From the IMG/VR virus record IMGVR_UViG_3300036795_000124, positions 753-64,752 of that record: a DNA stretch of 64,000 bases, one strand, 5' to 3'. Origin of the DNA: a virus. The notes under the pieces were generated by a model that did not search any database, had not been told where the DNA came from, and worked only from the letters and a program-made list of their open reading frames with translations. Shown one piece after another: positions 44,900 through 55,559 of this stretch. A program made the translations under genes and the position numbers. Numbering within the stretch: the stretch's first letter is position 1; each line of letters starts with the position of its first letter.

Positions 44900-45472
44900 T
44901 TGGCGCCCCGCATCGATGAACGGCTGAACCTGATCATCCCGATCGATCGCTACGACGGGACGACGGTCTACATTCACGCCACCCCGATCGGCCGCGAGGT
45001 CTTCCAGAAGTACTTCCTGGTGATGGCGAAGGCGTTTGCCTCGATCTGGGCCGAGGGGCTCAACAACGTCTCAGGCCCGCGCGTGGCCGCGCTGATGCTG
45101 CGCGAGATCGCGACCAACATGGGCCTGTGGGACGGCCCCGAGGGGGTCAGCCTTGGCCTGATGACCGAGATCAAGCGATTGGCCAACGTGATCGCCCCGG
45201 CCTCGGGGCGGGGCTGGGATGTCGTGCCGCTGGATCAGGCGATCCAGGCAAAAATGGTCGATGGCGACGATGTTGATGAGATCGAGGGCAACCTGGTTTT
45301 TTTTTCGCTCACCTGGCATCTCAATCGGCGGAAGGAGCGCGAGATCGTTATGGACACTGTTGCCTCACGCCTGGATGCTTCGATGTCCTCGCAGAATTTG
45401 TCGGCATTCGTCAATTCCTTGCCGACGTCGATCGCGACCGGCAATACTGGCGGGACGCCCCTGGCAGCCTGA
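44900..45472 (+). CDS. Tail assembly chaperone
   Basis: Position between tube and tape measure; TTG start. Confidence 0.7.
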   Translation: MAPRIDERLNLIIPIDRYDGTTVYIHATPIGREVFQKYFLVMAKAFASIWAEGLNNVSGPRVAALMLREIATNMGLWDGPEGVSLGLMTEIKRLANVIAPASGRGWDVVPLDQAIQAKMVDGDDVDEIEGNLVFFSLTWHLNRRKEREIVMDTVASRLDASMSSQNLSAFVNSLPTSIATGNTGGTPLAA

Positions 45473-45607
45473 TCGCGTGCATTCTCGATTGGGCGGCCGG
45501 GCCTGGATTTGAGGAATGCTTCTGGCAGCGCGAGAATGAATTCCGCTGGCGATCGGCGACCGAATTCCGCCAACGCTATCTGATCGCAGCCGCCGGGGGG
45601 GCCTGAC

Positions 45608-48280
45608 ATGCCGCTGCGATCCGTCGTCGAAATAGATGTCGCCGATCAAGGCTTCGATCGCTTCTTCGACAAATGGAAGGCGTACGACCAGCAGAAAAGG
45701 GAGGCGGCCGAGGAGGATCGCGAGCGCGCGAAAGAGGAAAAGGCGCGGCGCGAGGACGAGGCCAAGGCGGAGGAAGAGCGCAAACGCACATCCGTCGCCG
45801 GCCGCATCAAGGCGCTGTCAGAGTCGGTCCCGCGCGGGCTCAAAGCGGCGTCGACCGAATGGGAGAAAATGCAGAACGCCTCCCGCAACGTGGCGCGCTC
45901 GATGGAACAAATCGGCTCGCGCGCGCTGCACCTTGTGGGCAGCATGACCAAGCTGACCGGCCTGTTGTCGCTGGTGGGCGGGGCCGCAACCGGGTTCGGC
46001 TTTCTGGGCGCCGACGTGCTTGCCCGCACCGCCTCAGGCTGGCGTCGCAACGCGATGGGGCTCGGGGCCACGATCGGCGGCAGCCGCGCCTTCGGGTTGA
46101 ATTTCGGCCGCTTCGTTGATCCGAACTCGATGCTGTCTGGCGTCTCCCAGGCGATGCGCGATCCGCGCAATTCGGTGGCCTTGAATGCGCTCGGCGTCCG
46201 CGCGCAACCGGGCGAGGATACCGCCCTGGTCGCGGCGCGCGCCTTGGAGCGTGTTCAGGAGCTCGCCAAGCGTCAGCCGGAAAACACCCTGGGCACGCTG
46301 CTCACATCGTACAAGCTGGATCAGCTGGGACTCAATCTTCAGGACCTGCAACGATTGCGCGCCGCCGATCGCGGCGAGGTGGGCGATCAGGCGCGGCATT
46401 TCCGTCAGGATCGCGGTGCGCTCGATCTGAATCCGGCGCAGGCGCGCGGCTGGCAGGATTTCCTGACCACGCTGGATCGCGCGCGCATGGGTATCGAGAC
46501 CACCTTCATCGTGCGCCTATCGCCCTTGGCGCCGGCGCTCGGCCATCTGTCCGAGGCGTTCAACAAGGTCGTGTCCAAACTGCTGGAGCGACAGGATTTC
46601 GGCAAATGGATTGAGCAGGCGGCGGACGGGCTTGAACATTTGGCGCACTACATCTCGGGAGACGATTTCCAAAAGGATGTCGAGAAATTCGGCACCAAGA
46701 TAGGCGAAATGGCGACCGCGATCGGCCGGTTCGTCACGTGGCTCGTGGGCACCTTGGAGGATCTGCATATCGGCGATGCCGATCCGAAACAGGGCACGCC
46801 AGGGGTCGATCCAAAAGGCACGTCGATTCCGCACAGCGGCCCGATGTTCGGTAGCAATCTGTGGCAGAACCCGGACGGCACGATCGTCGATCCCGATACC
46901 GGGCGGTTCTATACCCGCAGGCCTGACGGGAATTTCGATCCCACCGACAAATACGCGCCGGGCTCATCTGGCGATAAACGGTTCGTCCAGCCACCGGAAC
47001 CGGAGCAGCCGGCGGTGCCCTACAAGGCCGGCGACATCATCCGCGACATGAACATCACCGAACCGCAATACGACGCGTTCAAGGGATCGGTCGCCAGCAT
47101 CGAGCACGCCCGCTACGATCAGATGGGCGGCGCGGGAAAACAGCACGCCGGCCGCTATCAGTTCGGCCGACGCGAGATCGAGGAGACCGCCGCGCGCCTG
47201 GGCGAGCCGGCGCCGACGACGCAACAATTCCTCAACGATCCCGCGAGGCAGGAGCGCTTCTTCGAGGCCTACACGGCGGGCCACAACGCCTATCTGTTGG
47301 CCAACAGCGCGGAGTACCGGGCGCTGTCGCCTGAGAAGCGGCTTGCCATCCTGGGATATGCGCACAACCAAGGTCCCAAAGGGGCGGCGGATTACCTGCG
47401 CACAGGTCAGGAGGGGCGCGATCTATTCGGCACATCGGGCAAGCGGTATTCCAATCTGGTCACGGCCGCGCTCGTCGAGCGCATTCCCACCCGGGACCAG
47501 CGCATCGCGGAGATCGCCAAACGCATGGCGACCGATGCATCCCAGGCCGGCGATCCCGGACGGCCGGCTCGCCAATCTACCGATGCCGGTCGGGCCACGT
47601 CGGATCAGCAGGCCGCTAATCCGGCAATCGCGCCGCCCGTTCCGCCAATCACCATCCCGATTGCGCCACCAGCGTCATCGAGACCGATAACACCAGCCCC
47701 TATGGTCTATAACCCTGGGCTTGACAGGATGGTGGGTGCCCATTCGCGTCTCGATCGCGCCCTCGTACCGCAACCCGCTGCGCGTCCGATTGGTGCGGAT
47801 AACGATCGCAGGCCGGCGCGGGATCAGCGCATCACCGACATCGCTCAGCGCATGGCGGTAGAGCCAGCGCGTCCGGCTCGCGGGCCAGCCGATCCGCAGG
47901 CGCCCCCGCGCGCATCACCAACCGATCAGCGCATCACGGAGATTGCCAAGCGCATGGCGACCGAGGTCGCGCCTGACCGGCCGGCTGACACGGCCTCACA
48001 GGCCGCACGAATCGTCAATCCGCAGATGCCAGCGCGGCCGGCTGGCGCGGATAAGGTGCACCAGGATATCGTCCAATTCGGCAAAGCATGGAAAGACCGG
48101 ATCGCCGATGCCACGCGCCCGTTCGTCGATCACCTGGGCCAAATGATGCAGGCGGCCAGACAGCCAACCGGCACCGCGCCCCCGCTGTCGACGCCGCGCG
48201 CGCCGCGTGTCGACATCCACATCCATAACGAGACCGGCGGCAACGCGGTCATGTCAGCGGCACAGGCGTCAGCGTCGTGA
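45608..48280 (+). CDS. Tape measure protein with lysozyme-like domain
   Basis: 890 aa; helical N-terminus; GRYQF...AHNQG motifs. Confidence 0.8.
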   Translation: MPLRSVVEIDVADQGFDRFFDKWKAYDQQKREAAEEDRERAKEEKARREDEAKAEEERKRTSVAGRIKALSESVPRGLKAASTEWEKMQNASRNVARSMEQIGSRALHLVGSMTKLTGLLSLVGGAATGFGFLGADVLARTASGWRRNAMGLGATIGGSRAFGLNFGRFVDPNSMLSGVSQAMRDPRNSVALNALGVRAQPGEDTALVAARALERVQELAKRQPENTLGTLLTSYKLDQLGLNLQDLQRLRAADRGEVGDQARHFRQDRGALDLNPAQARGWQDFLTTLDRARMGIETTFIVRLSPLAPALGHLSEAFNKVVSKLLERQDFGKWIEQAADGLEHLAHYISGDDFQKDVEKFGTKIGEMATAIGRFVTWLVGTLEDLHIGDADPKQGTPGVDPKGTSIPHSGPMFGSNLWQNPDGTIVDPDTGRFYTRRPDGNFDPTDKYAPGSSGDKRFVQPPEPEQPAVPYKAGDIIRDMNITEPQYDAFKGSVASIEHARYDQMGGAGKQHAGRYQFGRREIEETAARLGEPAPTTQQFLNDPARQERFFEAYTAGHNAYLLANSAEYRALSPEKRLAILGYAHNQGPKGAADYLRTGQEGRDLFGTSGKRYSNLVTAALVERIPTRDQRIAEIAKRMATDASQAGDPGRPARQSTDAGRATSDQQAANPAIAPPVPPITIPIAPPASSRPITPAPMVYNPGLDRMVGAHSRLDRALVPQPAARPIGADNDRRPARDQRITDIAQRMAVEPARPARGPADPQAPPRASPTDQRITEIAKRMATEVAPDRPADTASQAARIVNPQMPARPAGADKVHQDIVQFGKAWKDRIADATRPFVDHLGQMMQAARQPTGTAPPLSTPRAPRVDIHIHNETGGNAVMSAAQASAS

Positions 48281-49026
48281 GCGGCACATCCGCCGGCCGC
48301 GTCGCCTATCAATTCGCGTTCCAACTGTGTCCGATCTTCCTGACCGGCGGCGTCGCGAAATTCATCCCCGGCAACGTGCTGCCCATCGTGGTGCTGACCG
48401 AGGCGCTGAATACGCCGATCAGCCTGCTGACCGGCGGCGGCAATTTCAACCTGGATAGCTTCTTCGCGAATTTCGTGCCGATGCCGGGCGCCACCCTGAT
48501 CGAGAACGACATCGCCCGCTATCCATTCGCCAATCAGGCGGTGGCCGCCAACGCACTGATCGCCAAGCCGCTGCACATTTCGATGCGCATGATCTCGCCG
48601 GCCAGGAACGATTTCGGCGTATGGAGCAAGTTGGGAACCATGCTCCTGCTAAAGTCCACGCTGTCGCAGCACAATCGCTCAGGTGGGACCTATACGGTCG
48701 CGACCCCATCGGGCTTCTATACCAATTGCATCCTGCTCGACATGCGCGACATCACCGGCGGCGAGACCAAGCAACCACAAGCCGAGTGGCAATTCGATTT
48801 CGAGGCGCCGCTGCTGACCTTGGAGCAAGCCCAGGCGGCGCAAAGCAGCCTGATGAGCAAGTTCACCGACGGGAGCCAATTGGGCAATCCGTCATGGTCT
48901 GATCCAGCGAGCGCGATCGGGCAGGTCTCACCGCTATCGCCGGTACCGGCGGGCGAGCAAGCGGTCGGATCATCGGTTGTGGGCCCTGTCACCTCCGAGC
49001 CACTGGCACCGTTGCCCGGCACATGA
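48277..49026 (+). CDS. Tail/baseplate tube-initiator-like protein
   Basis: Position after the TMP. Confidence 0.65.
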   Translation: MSGTSAGRVAYQFAFQLCPIFLTGGVAKFIPGNVLPIVVLTEALNTPISLLTGGGNFNLDSFFANFVPMPGATLIENDIARYPFANQAVAANALIAKPLHISMRMISPARNDFGVWSKLGTMLLLKSTLSQHNRSGGTYTVATPSGFYTNCILLDMRDITGGETKQPQAEWQFDFEAPLLTLEQAQAAQSSLMSKFTDGSQLGNPSWSDPASAIGQVSPLSPVPAGEQAVGSSVVGPVTSEPLAPLPGT

Positions 49027-49295
49027 CCACATTCGTCCCCTTCACACCGCCGGTCCAAGGCACCTTCAGCTTTACCGCGACGCTGGACGGCAACAGTTAT
49101 CAGATGAGCGTCCCATGGCTCGCCTTCGGCAAACGCTGGTATCTGCAATGCCTGGCCCCGGGCAATGTGCCGGTCTTCTACAAGGCGCTGGTGGGCTCGC
49201 CCGATACCGGCGATATCAACCTGCTGTTCGGCTATTTCATCATCTCGAAAATGGTGTTCCGGGTCTCGACCCAGACCTTCGAGATCACGCCTTGA
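49023..49295 (+). CDS. Baseplate plug-like protein
   Basis: FTATLDGNSY...W...RWYL motif. Confidence 0.7.
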   Translation: MTTFVPFTPPVQGTFSFTATLDGNSYQMSVPWLAFGKRWYLQCLAPGNVPVFYKALVGSPDTGDINLLFGYFIISKMVFRVSTQTFEITP

Positions 49296-49311
49296 TCCTA
49301 CGGGGGCCGCT

Positions 49312-50340
49312 TTGAGGTTCTATCAGATCAAGATCACCAACCCGAAGGATGAGCCGGTGACATTCCCGTCGCTAGCGGGGAGCGGCATGCCACCAGGGGT
49401 GATCACCTCGCAATTGAAGGATGGGACGATCAATCCAGCGGCGCTCAACATCGAGATCGACCTGATCGTCTACGGCGCCGTGTCCGCCGCCGATTCGGCC
49501 TCCTATCTCCGCATCTGGGGGCTGTCGCTCAAGGAGCTCTCGTCGGCGTTCAATCTCAACGGCATGAAAATCCAGATCACCGGCGGCATGGCGAAAGGCT
49601 ATCCGCTGGCTGATCCGCAGCAACAGGGCATGCTGATCAAGGGCAACATCAATCAGGCCTTCGGCAATTGGATCGGCACGGACATGACGCTCGATATGTA
49701 CCTGCGGGCGGAGGATTTCGGTTCGCTCGAGGCGCCAGCGAATTATACCCAGACCTGGGCCAAGGGGGAACCGCTGGCGGACATGATCGCGCGCGCGCTG
49801 AAGGTGGTGGCACCCAATCTCAAACCGGAGATCACCATCTCGTCCGATCGCGTGGCCAACCAGGACAAGCCCTCGGTTTATTCGACGCTGTCGCAATTCG
49901 CCCAGATGGTCCAGAATCAGACCTATCACGCGCTGAGCCCCACCGATCAGGGCGTGATCATCGCCTCGGACGGCCAGACGATTCGGGTGTTCGAAAAGGG
50001 ATCAGGCAAAACGGACGGTGCCAAGCAGATCAAATTCCAGGACCTGTTGGGCCAGGTGACCTGGATCGAGCCAAAGGTCGTCCAGGCAAAACTGGTCATG
50101 CGCGGGGATCTTCGCATCGGCGACGTGATCACGTTTCCCGAGGGCCTGGTGGTGACGACCTCGGCCAACGCCATGTCGGCGTTCGGCGGCACCGGGAGTG
50201 CGCATCCGGCGAATTCGCTGACCATCTCGGGCACGTTCCAGATCGTCCAGATGCAGCATTGGGGTAATTTCCGCATCGCCGATGCGGCGGCGTGGAACAC
50301 CACCATCAATTGCGCCATCATGGCCGACAATCCGGCGTAA
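49312..50340 (+). CDS. Baseplate hub protein
   Basis: Position; LVMRGDLRIGDVITFP motif; TTG start inferred. Confidence 0.7.
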   Translation: MRFYQIKITNPKDEPVTFPSLAGSGMPPGVITSQLKDGTINPAALNIEIDLIVYGAVSAADSASYLRIWGLSLKELSSAFNLNGMKIQITGGMAKGYPLADPQQQGMLIKGNINQAFGNWIGTDMTLDMYLRAEDFGSLEAPANYTQTWAKGEPLADMIARALKVVAPNLKPEITISSDRVANQDKPSVYSTLSQFAQMVQNQTYHALSPTDQGVIIASDGQTIRVFEKGSGKTDGAKQIKFQDLLGQVTWIEPKVVQAKLVMRGDLRIGDVITFPEGLVVTTSANAMSAFGGTGSAHPANSLTISGTFQIVQMQHWGNFRIADAAAWNTTINCAIMADNPA

Positions 50341-50350
50341 GGGATGGCCG

Positions 50351-50977
50351 ATGGCCGCAACCAATAGCCAGAAGACACCGCACCTCCAATCGCTGAACCG
50401 CATCGCCTACAAGGGCGGCGCGAATTCGACCGCGGTACTGGGCAAGACGCTGCCGTGCAGCGTCACCAAGGTCCAAGGTTCGGTCGTGACCGTCAAATTC
50501 GAGATCAACGCCGCGCCATTTACCCTGCCGCCGGCGACCATGCCGGTGTTCGGGCCTGAATACATCCGTTATCCCATCCAGGTAGGCTGCAAGGGCATGG
50601 CGATCGCCGCCAACGCCTACCTCGGCGGGATGTCCGGCCTGGGCGTGGGGGTGGCCACCCTGGCCGAGCCCCCCAATCTGTCGGCGCTGGTGTTCCTGCC
50701 GTTCGGCAACGTCGATTTCTCGGCGGTCGATGGCAACGCGCTCGTATTGTATGGACCGGATGGCGTCGTCATCCGCGACATCGACAGCAATTGCGTGCTG
50801 ACCCTCCGCGATGACGGGATCGCGACGTTGCAGGGCAATCTGCATGTCACCGGCGCGATCATCGCTGGATTCGGCACCGGCGATCAGGTGGGATTGCAGA
50901 CGCACGGCCATCCGCAGGGCGCTGACAGCCACGGCGACAGCGAGGAGCCCACCGGCTCGCCGATACCAGGGACATAG
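50351..50977 (+). CDS. Baseplate spike (gp138/gp45-like)
   Basis: OB-fold-like N-terminus; apex LQTHGH double-His motif. Confidence 0.8.
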   Translation: MAATNSQKTPHLQSLNRIAYKGGANSTAVLGKTLPCSVTKVQGSVVTVKFEINAAPFTLPPATMPVFGPEYIRYPIQVGCKGMAIAANAYLGGMSGLGVGVATLAEPPNLSALVFLPFGNVDFSAVDGNALVLYGPDGVVIRDIDSNCVLTLRDDGIATLQGNLHVTGAIIAGFGTGDQVGLQTHGHPQGADSHGDSEEPTGSPIPGT

Positions 50978-50979
50978 CG

Positions 50980-51420
50980 ATGCGCACCTATGGCAGGATC
51001 GAGGACCCATCAGGGGTCAAGGTGTGGGTCCAGGTCGATCCCGATCCGAAGGGATTCCTTGATGCGATCTATCTGACCGCGTTGTGCCAGGTCTTCAAAC
51101 TGAACCTTGGCGAGAGCCCATTCTTCGCCGATTGGGGATTGCCGGCGCTGCAAAGCGTCATGCAGCAGATCGCACCGGATTATTATGTCGCGCTGACCCA
51201 GCAGCGCTTCGCGCCGTATTTTCTCTATCTCGGCGTCTCGCGACTACCGACGTTCCAACCGACCTACAATGTCTCGGTGATGTTTCAGAACGGCGCACAG
51301 GCGCAGATCGAACTCATACCGACCGTGCTGCAGGACGGCTTTGGACGACCAATTCTCGACGGCTACGGAAATCCGATACTCTCTGGCACCACCAGTTCCG
51401 GTAATCGAGTCCCGCAATAG
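50980..51420 (+). CDS. Baseplate wedge (gp25/gp46-like)
   Basis: MRTYGR...LNLGESPFFADWG motif. Confidence 0.7.
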   Translation: MRTYGRIEDPSGVKVWVQVDPDPKGFLDAIYLTALCQVFKLNLGESPFFADWGLPALQSVMQQIAPDYYVALTQQRFAPYFLYLGVSRLPTFQPTYNVSVMFQNGAQAQIELIPTVLQDGFGRPILDGYGNPILSGTTSSGNRVPQ

Positions 51421-51432
51421 GAGGAGCCGCCA

Positions 51433-51663
51433 ATGCCACTCGAGGAAGGATCATCGAAGGCCACGATCGGACGCAACATCGCCACGGAGATGCATCACGG
51501 GAAACCGCAGCCGCAGGCCGTCGCCATCGCTATGCGTGTTGCGGGCAAGTCCTACAAAGACGACTGCCCGCAGACCGGCTACATGGATGCCTGCCGGCGT
51601 AGCGATGCCGCCGGCATGGCCGCCCATTCACAGGCCATGCTGCGCGGCCGCATGGTGCGTTGA
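51433..51663 (+). CDS. Small conserved phage protein
   Basis: [33 protein letters not shown]; AGGAGG SD. Confidence 0.65.
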   Translation: MPLEEGSSKATIGRNIATEMHHGKPQPQAVAIAMRVAGKSYKDDCPQTGYMDACRRSDAAGMAAHSQAMLRGRMVR

Positions 51664-53150
51664 TGTCGCTCACGTTTTCCGCCGGCCCCAATCCGCTGAT
51701 CTTCCCCGTCGTGATGACGATCGCGGGCGTCCAGCCGCAGGCTCCGATCGCGCTCAATCAGCAATTGATCACGCTGGTGACCTTCGGGACCGATCCCACC
51801 GGTGCCCAGGTGATGCAGCCGAATCCAGGCTATACCGCCGGTCTGCCGGGCAGTTTGATCGAGGACATCTCGTCAACCGATACCGCGTCTAATGTGCTGA
51901 TGGACCAGGCCCGGGTCGAGCTCATCAATTCGATGACGCCTTATGGTTGCAACGCGTTCATTCTCAATCAGCTGGGCCAGTTGAAGGGCGTGGCCCCGGG
52001 CGAGACGACCAACATGAGCGTCCCCGTGATCTTCTCGGGCACGGTCAATTTCATCGTCCAGAGCGGCTTTCTGATCTCGGATGGCACGCATACCTATGTC
52101 ACCCAGCAAGCGGTCACTATCGGATCGGGCGGCGCCTCGCCCACGGTCACGGCGATCGCCACCCAGCCGGGCATCTGGGCGATCCCCGCCGCCTCGGTCA
52201 TCGATATCGTGACTTCGGTTGATGGCTCTATCACGCTGTCGGTGACCAACCCCTCGGACGGGTCGGGCGGGACCATCGTCGAGACCGAACAGGAATATCG
52301 CCTGCGCGTGCTGCAAGCCGAGATCGCGACATGCCAGGGCACGGCGGAATTCCTCAAGACGTTGCTGATGGAAATCCCCGGCGTAGTGCCCACCGAGGTC
52401 CGCATCCTCTCGGTGGGCGGCGGCGGGTGGCAGATCGTCTGCGGCGGATCGAATCCTGATCCATCACAGATCGCGGGGGCGATCTTCCTCGGCGTGCCCG
52501 ATCCCGGCGTGCTCCAGCCTGCCGTGCTGACTGTCGCATCGATTACCCAGGCCAATCCCGGCGTGATGACGACCAACACCAAGCATGGCTACGCGACCGG
52601 CCAGGTGGTCAGCTTTACCGGCGTGGGCGGTATGACCTCGCTGAATACCGGGACCTATCCGATCACGGTCACCGGACCGAACAGGTTCGCGCTGACCGGC
52701 CTCGATACCACCGGCTTTCCGGCATATACGACCGGCGGCGTGGTCTCGCCCAATCTCCACAATACCTCTGTGACCATCAACGATTTTCCCGACAACTATG
52801 TCATCCCGTTCATCACGCCGTTTTCCCAGACGACACTGATCGAGCTGACCTGGAATACCGCGAGCGCATTCGCCGCCGCGTCGACGTTCAATCAGCAGGC
52901 CCAGGCCGCGATTGTCGATTACATCAATTCGATCCCAACCGGGGCGCCGATCAACATCCTTGCGATGCAGGAGGCGGTGCAAGCTGCTGTTTCCAATCTG
53001 CTGCCGCTGAGTCAGCTGGTGCGCATGATCTGGGTGGTCACCATCGACGGCATCGTCACCGCCCCATTGACGGGGACCTATGAAATCCTCGGCGATCCGT
53101 TGTCCTATTTCAACACGACGTCGGCCGGGGTCACGGTGGCGCAAGGATGA
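51660..53150 (+). CDS. Baseplate J-like protein
   Basis: [13 protein letters not shown] and [10 protein letters not shown] motifs. Confidence 0.85.
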   Translation: MMSLTFSAGPNPLIFPVVMTIAGVQPQAPIALNQQLITLVTFGTDPTGAQVMQPNPGYTAGLPGSLIEDISSTDTASNVLMDQARVELINSMTPYGCNAFILNQLGQLKGVAPGETTNMSVPVIFSGTVNFIVQSGFLISDGTHTYVTQQAVTIGSGGASPTVTAIATQPGIWAIPAASVIDIVTSVDGSITLSVTNPSDGSGGTIVETEQEYRLRVLQAEIATCQGTAEFLKTLLMEIPGVVPTEVRILSVGGGGWQIVCGGSNPDPSQIAGAIFLGVPDPGVLQPAVLTVASITQANPGVMTTNTKHGYATGQVVSFTGVGGMTSLNTGTYPITVTGPNRFALTGLDTTGFPAYTTGGVVSPNLHNTSVTINDFPDNYVIPFITPFSQTTLIELTWNTASAFAAASTFNQQAQAAIVDYINSIPTGAPINILAMQEAVQAAVSNLLPLSQLVRMIWVVTIDGIVTAPLTGTYEILGDPLSYFNTTSAGVTVAQG

Positions 53151-53794
53151 GCGGCGCGGTCCAGAATGGCACGCCGTTTCCGCCTTTGAGAGCAGTCACA
53201 GTTCAGGCTATTATTCCATCGTATCTATATGCCGAGTACCAGGACGACTATTGGGTTCCATATTTCGTTACCGCCTACAACATCATGTCGCAGGAGTGGC
53301 TCGATTGGATCAATCTGATCAATCTGCCGGTCTGGGCGTCGTTGGCGGGGCAATTGCTCGATTGGATCGGCGCGGGCGTCTATGGCTATCCCCGGCCGCA
53401 ACTCTCGATCACCAATAACACGTATGCCGGCGGCTACAATTCCACACCGTACAACACGATCGCCTACAACGATCAGCGGATCATCTCAACCTCGATCCTG
53501 CTCAGCGTCACCGACGATGTCTATCGCCGCTGCCTGACGTGGCATCTCTATGTAGGCGACGGCTATCAGTTCACCACCAAATGGCTGAAAAAACGCGTGC
53601 ATCGATTCATCAACGGAGACAACGGCTATCTGGCGGAAAATGACACCACCGAGGACGTGAGCATCGCCTGGTCCGGCACCACCGCGACGATCTCGCTGGT
53701 CTCCCAGCCGATCTCGATGATCTTCCAGGTCGCGGTTACCGATGGCGTGCTGCGGCTGCCTTTCCAGTATGATTTCACCATCACCCTGACATAA
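53147..53794 (+). CDS. Baseplate wedge (DUF2612-like)
   Basis: LLDWIGAGVYGYPRP...DDVYRRCL motifs. Confidence 0.75.
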   Translation: MSGAVQNGTPFPPLRAVTVQAIIPSYLYAEYQDDYWVPYFVTAYNIMSQEWLDWINLINLPVWASLAGQLLDWIGAGVYGYPRPQLSITNNTYAGGYNSTPYNTIAYNDQRIISTSILLSVTDDVYRRCLTWHLYVGDGYQFTTKWLKKRVHRFINGDNGYLAENDTTEDVSIAWSGTTATISLVSQPISMIFQVAVTDGVLRLPFQYDFTITLT

Positions 53795-53811
53795 CGACAT
53801 AGAGGCAGCCG

Positions 53812-55542
53812 ATGGCGATCTTCCTGTTCTCCGATAATGGCACTTCGACGCTGGCGGCTAATATTGGACCTTCGGCGACCTCGATCACGCTGGCACCCGG
53901 CGATGGTGCGAAATTCCCAACGCCAGCAGCAGGCCAATTATTCACCCTGACGTTGAATGACGCGGCGACGCATCTGCAATTCGAGACCACCTATTGCACG
54001 CATCGCGCCGGCGATGTGCTGACCGTCACACGCGGACAGGAGGGGACCACCGCGCAATCCTGGGTCATCGGCGATCAGGCATTCAACGGTCCCACGTCCG
54101 GGACGATGCAAAATATCTTGCAGATTCCGCACATTACCGATGGCTCCCTAAGCCCGATCGTCAACAACCTGACGGTCGGCGGCAGCGAGACCATTGGTGG
54201 CAATCTGGGCGTTGCCGGCACCGTGTCGTCTGTTGGTGTCGTCATTCCGTGGAGCGCGTCATTCCCGGGGGGTTATCCAAGGGGTGCGATTGTTCAATCC
54301 GCCACTGTGCTCGGAAGATTTTGGGTCTCCACTGCTGACAACAACACGACCAACCCAGACACCGGAGGGGCGAACTGGCTGTCAGTTATCCCCGTGGGCG
54401 CCAACCCGACCGCCACGGCTGGCCCCAATGCCATCAACGGTTCGGCCGTGACGTTCATGCGCTCGGACGCGGCTCCCGCCGTGCAGACGGCCACGACCGG
54501 GCAAAAAGGTCTGGTGGAACCTGACGGCACGACAATCACGATATCCAGCGGCGTGATATCGGCGGTCGGGGTCGGACACAACCCGACCGCCACCGCCGGC
54601 CCGACGGCAGTTAACGGTTCGGCCGTGACGTTCATGCGCTCGGACGCGGCTCCCGCGGTTCGTCTGGCAACGACCGGACAGACCGGCCTCGTGCAGCCCG
54701 ACGGCACGACGATCGGGATATCCGGAGGCGTGATATTTTCGCTTGGCCGCATACGATTGACGGCTGACCTAAACATCTTTGTTGCGACCACCGGAAGCGA
54801 CACCGCCAATACCGGACTCACGATAGGCTCACCGTTTGCCACGACACAACACGCATGGAATATCATCGTCAAAAATTATGACATGAACGGGTTCAACATT
54901 AACGTAAATGTTGCAGACGGGGTATATTCAAGTGGAGCACTTTGCTTTGGAGCTCTTGTCGGAAACGGTACCGTAAATTTTATCGGCAATGTAATAACGC
55001 CGCCTAACGTCTTAATATCAGTCACAAATCAACACTGCTTTGTCGCAGGCGCTGGCGCCAGCATAACTCTGGCAGGTTTCAAATTAGAAGCTACTGGAAC
55101 AGGGTCCGTTGGACTGGCGGCCTGCGCGTTGCTATCAAGTCAATCAACGGTAGGCATCGTAAATAACATGGAGTTCGGACATTGCGATGGATTTCATATT
55201 TACGCGTCTGCTGGAAGTAACGTTGGCATCAGCACGGCGGGTTACGAAATATCTGGAGGAGCGCAAGCCCATTTCCTTTCCGACACCGGAGCGCCAATCA
55301 GCGCCAATACGAACGTATCAATTATAATAAGCGGAACGCCTGCGTTTAGCACAGCGTTCGCCTACGCGAATCTTACTGGCGTCATCAGCATGCCGACTCC
55401 TACCATGTCATTCTTTGGTGGCTCAACAGGTCTTAGATATCTGGCAAACTTAAATGGCGTCATCGCGACAAATGGGGGAGGTCCGAACTACTTTCCTGGA
55501 ACCGTTGCTGGAACTGTCGCCGCTGGCGGGCAGTACTCTTGA
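53812..55542 (+). CDS. Tail fibre / receptor-binding protein
   Basis: N-terminal baseplate-attachment motif, 177-bp tandem duplication, beta-rich C-terminus. Confidence 0.8.
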   Translation: MAIFLFSDNGTSTLAANIGPSATSITLAPGDGAKFPTPAAGQLFTLTLNDAATHLQFETTYCTHRAGDVLTVTRGQEGTTAQSWVIGDQAFNGPTSGTMQNILQIPHITDGSLSPIVNNLTVGGSETIGGNLGVAGTVSSVGVVIPWSASFPGGYPRGAIVQSATVLGRFWVSTADNNTTNPDTGGANWLSVIPVGANPTATAGPNAINGSAVTFMRSDAAPAVQTATTGQKGLVEPDGTTITISSGVISAVGVGHNPTATAGPTAVNGSAVTFMRSDAAPAVRLATTGQTGLVQPDGTTIGISGGVIFSLGRIRLTADLNIFVATTGSDTANTGLTIGSPFATTQHAWNIIVKNYDMNGFNINVNVADGVYSSGALCFGALVGNGTVNFIGNVITPPNVLISVTNQHCFVAGAGASITLAGFKLEATGTGSVGLAACALLSSQSTVGIVNNMEFGHCDGFHIYASAGSNVGISTAGYEISGGAQAHFLSDTGAPISANTNVSIIISGTPAFSTAFAYANLTGVISMPTPTMSFFGGSTGLRYLANLNGVIATNGGGPNYFPGTVAGTVAAGGQYS

Positions 55543-55559
55543 GAGAAAGGAAAAAACCG

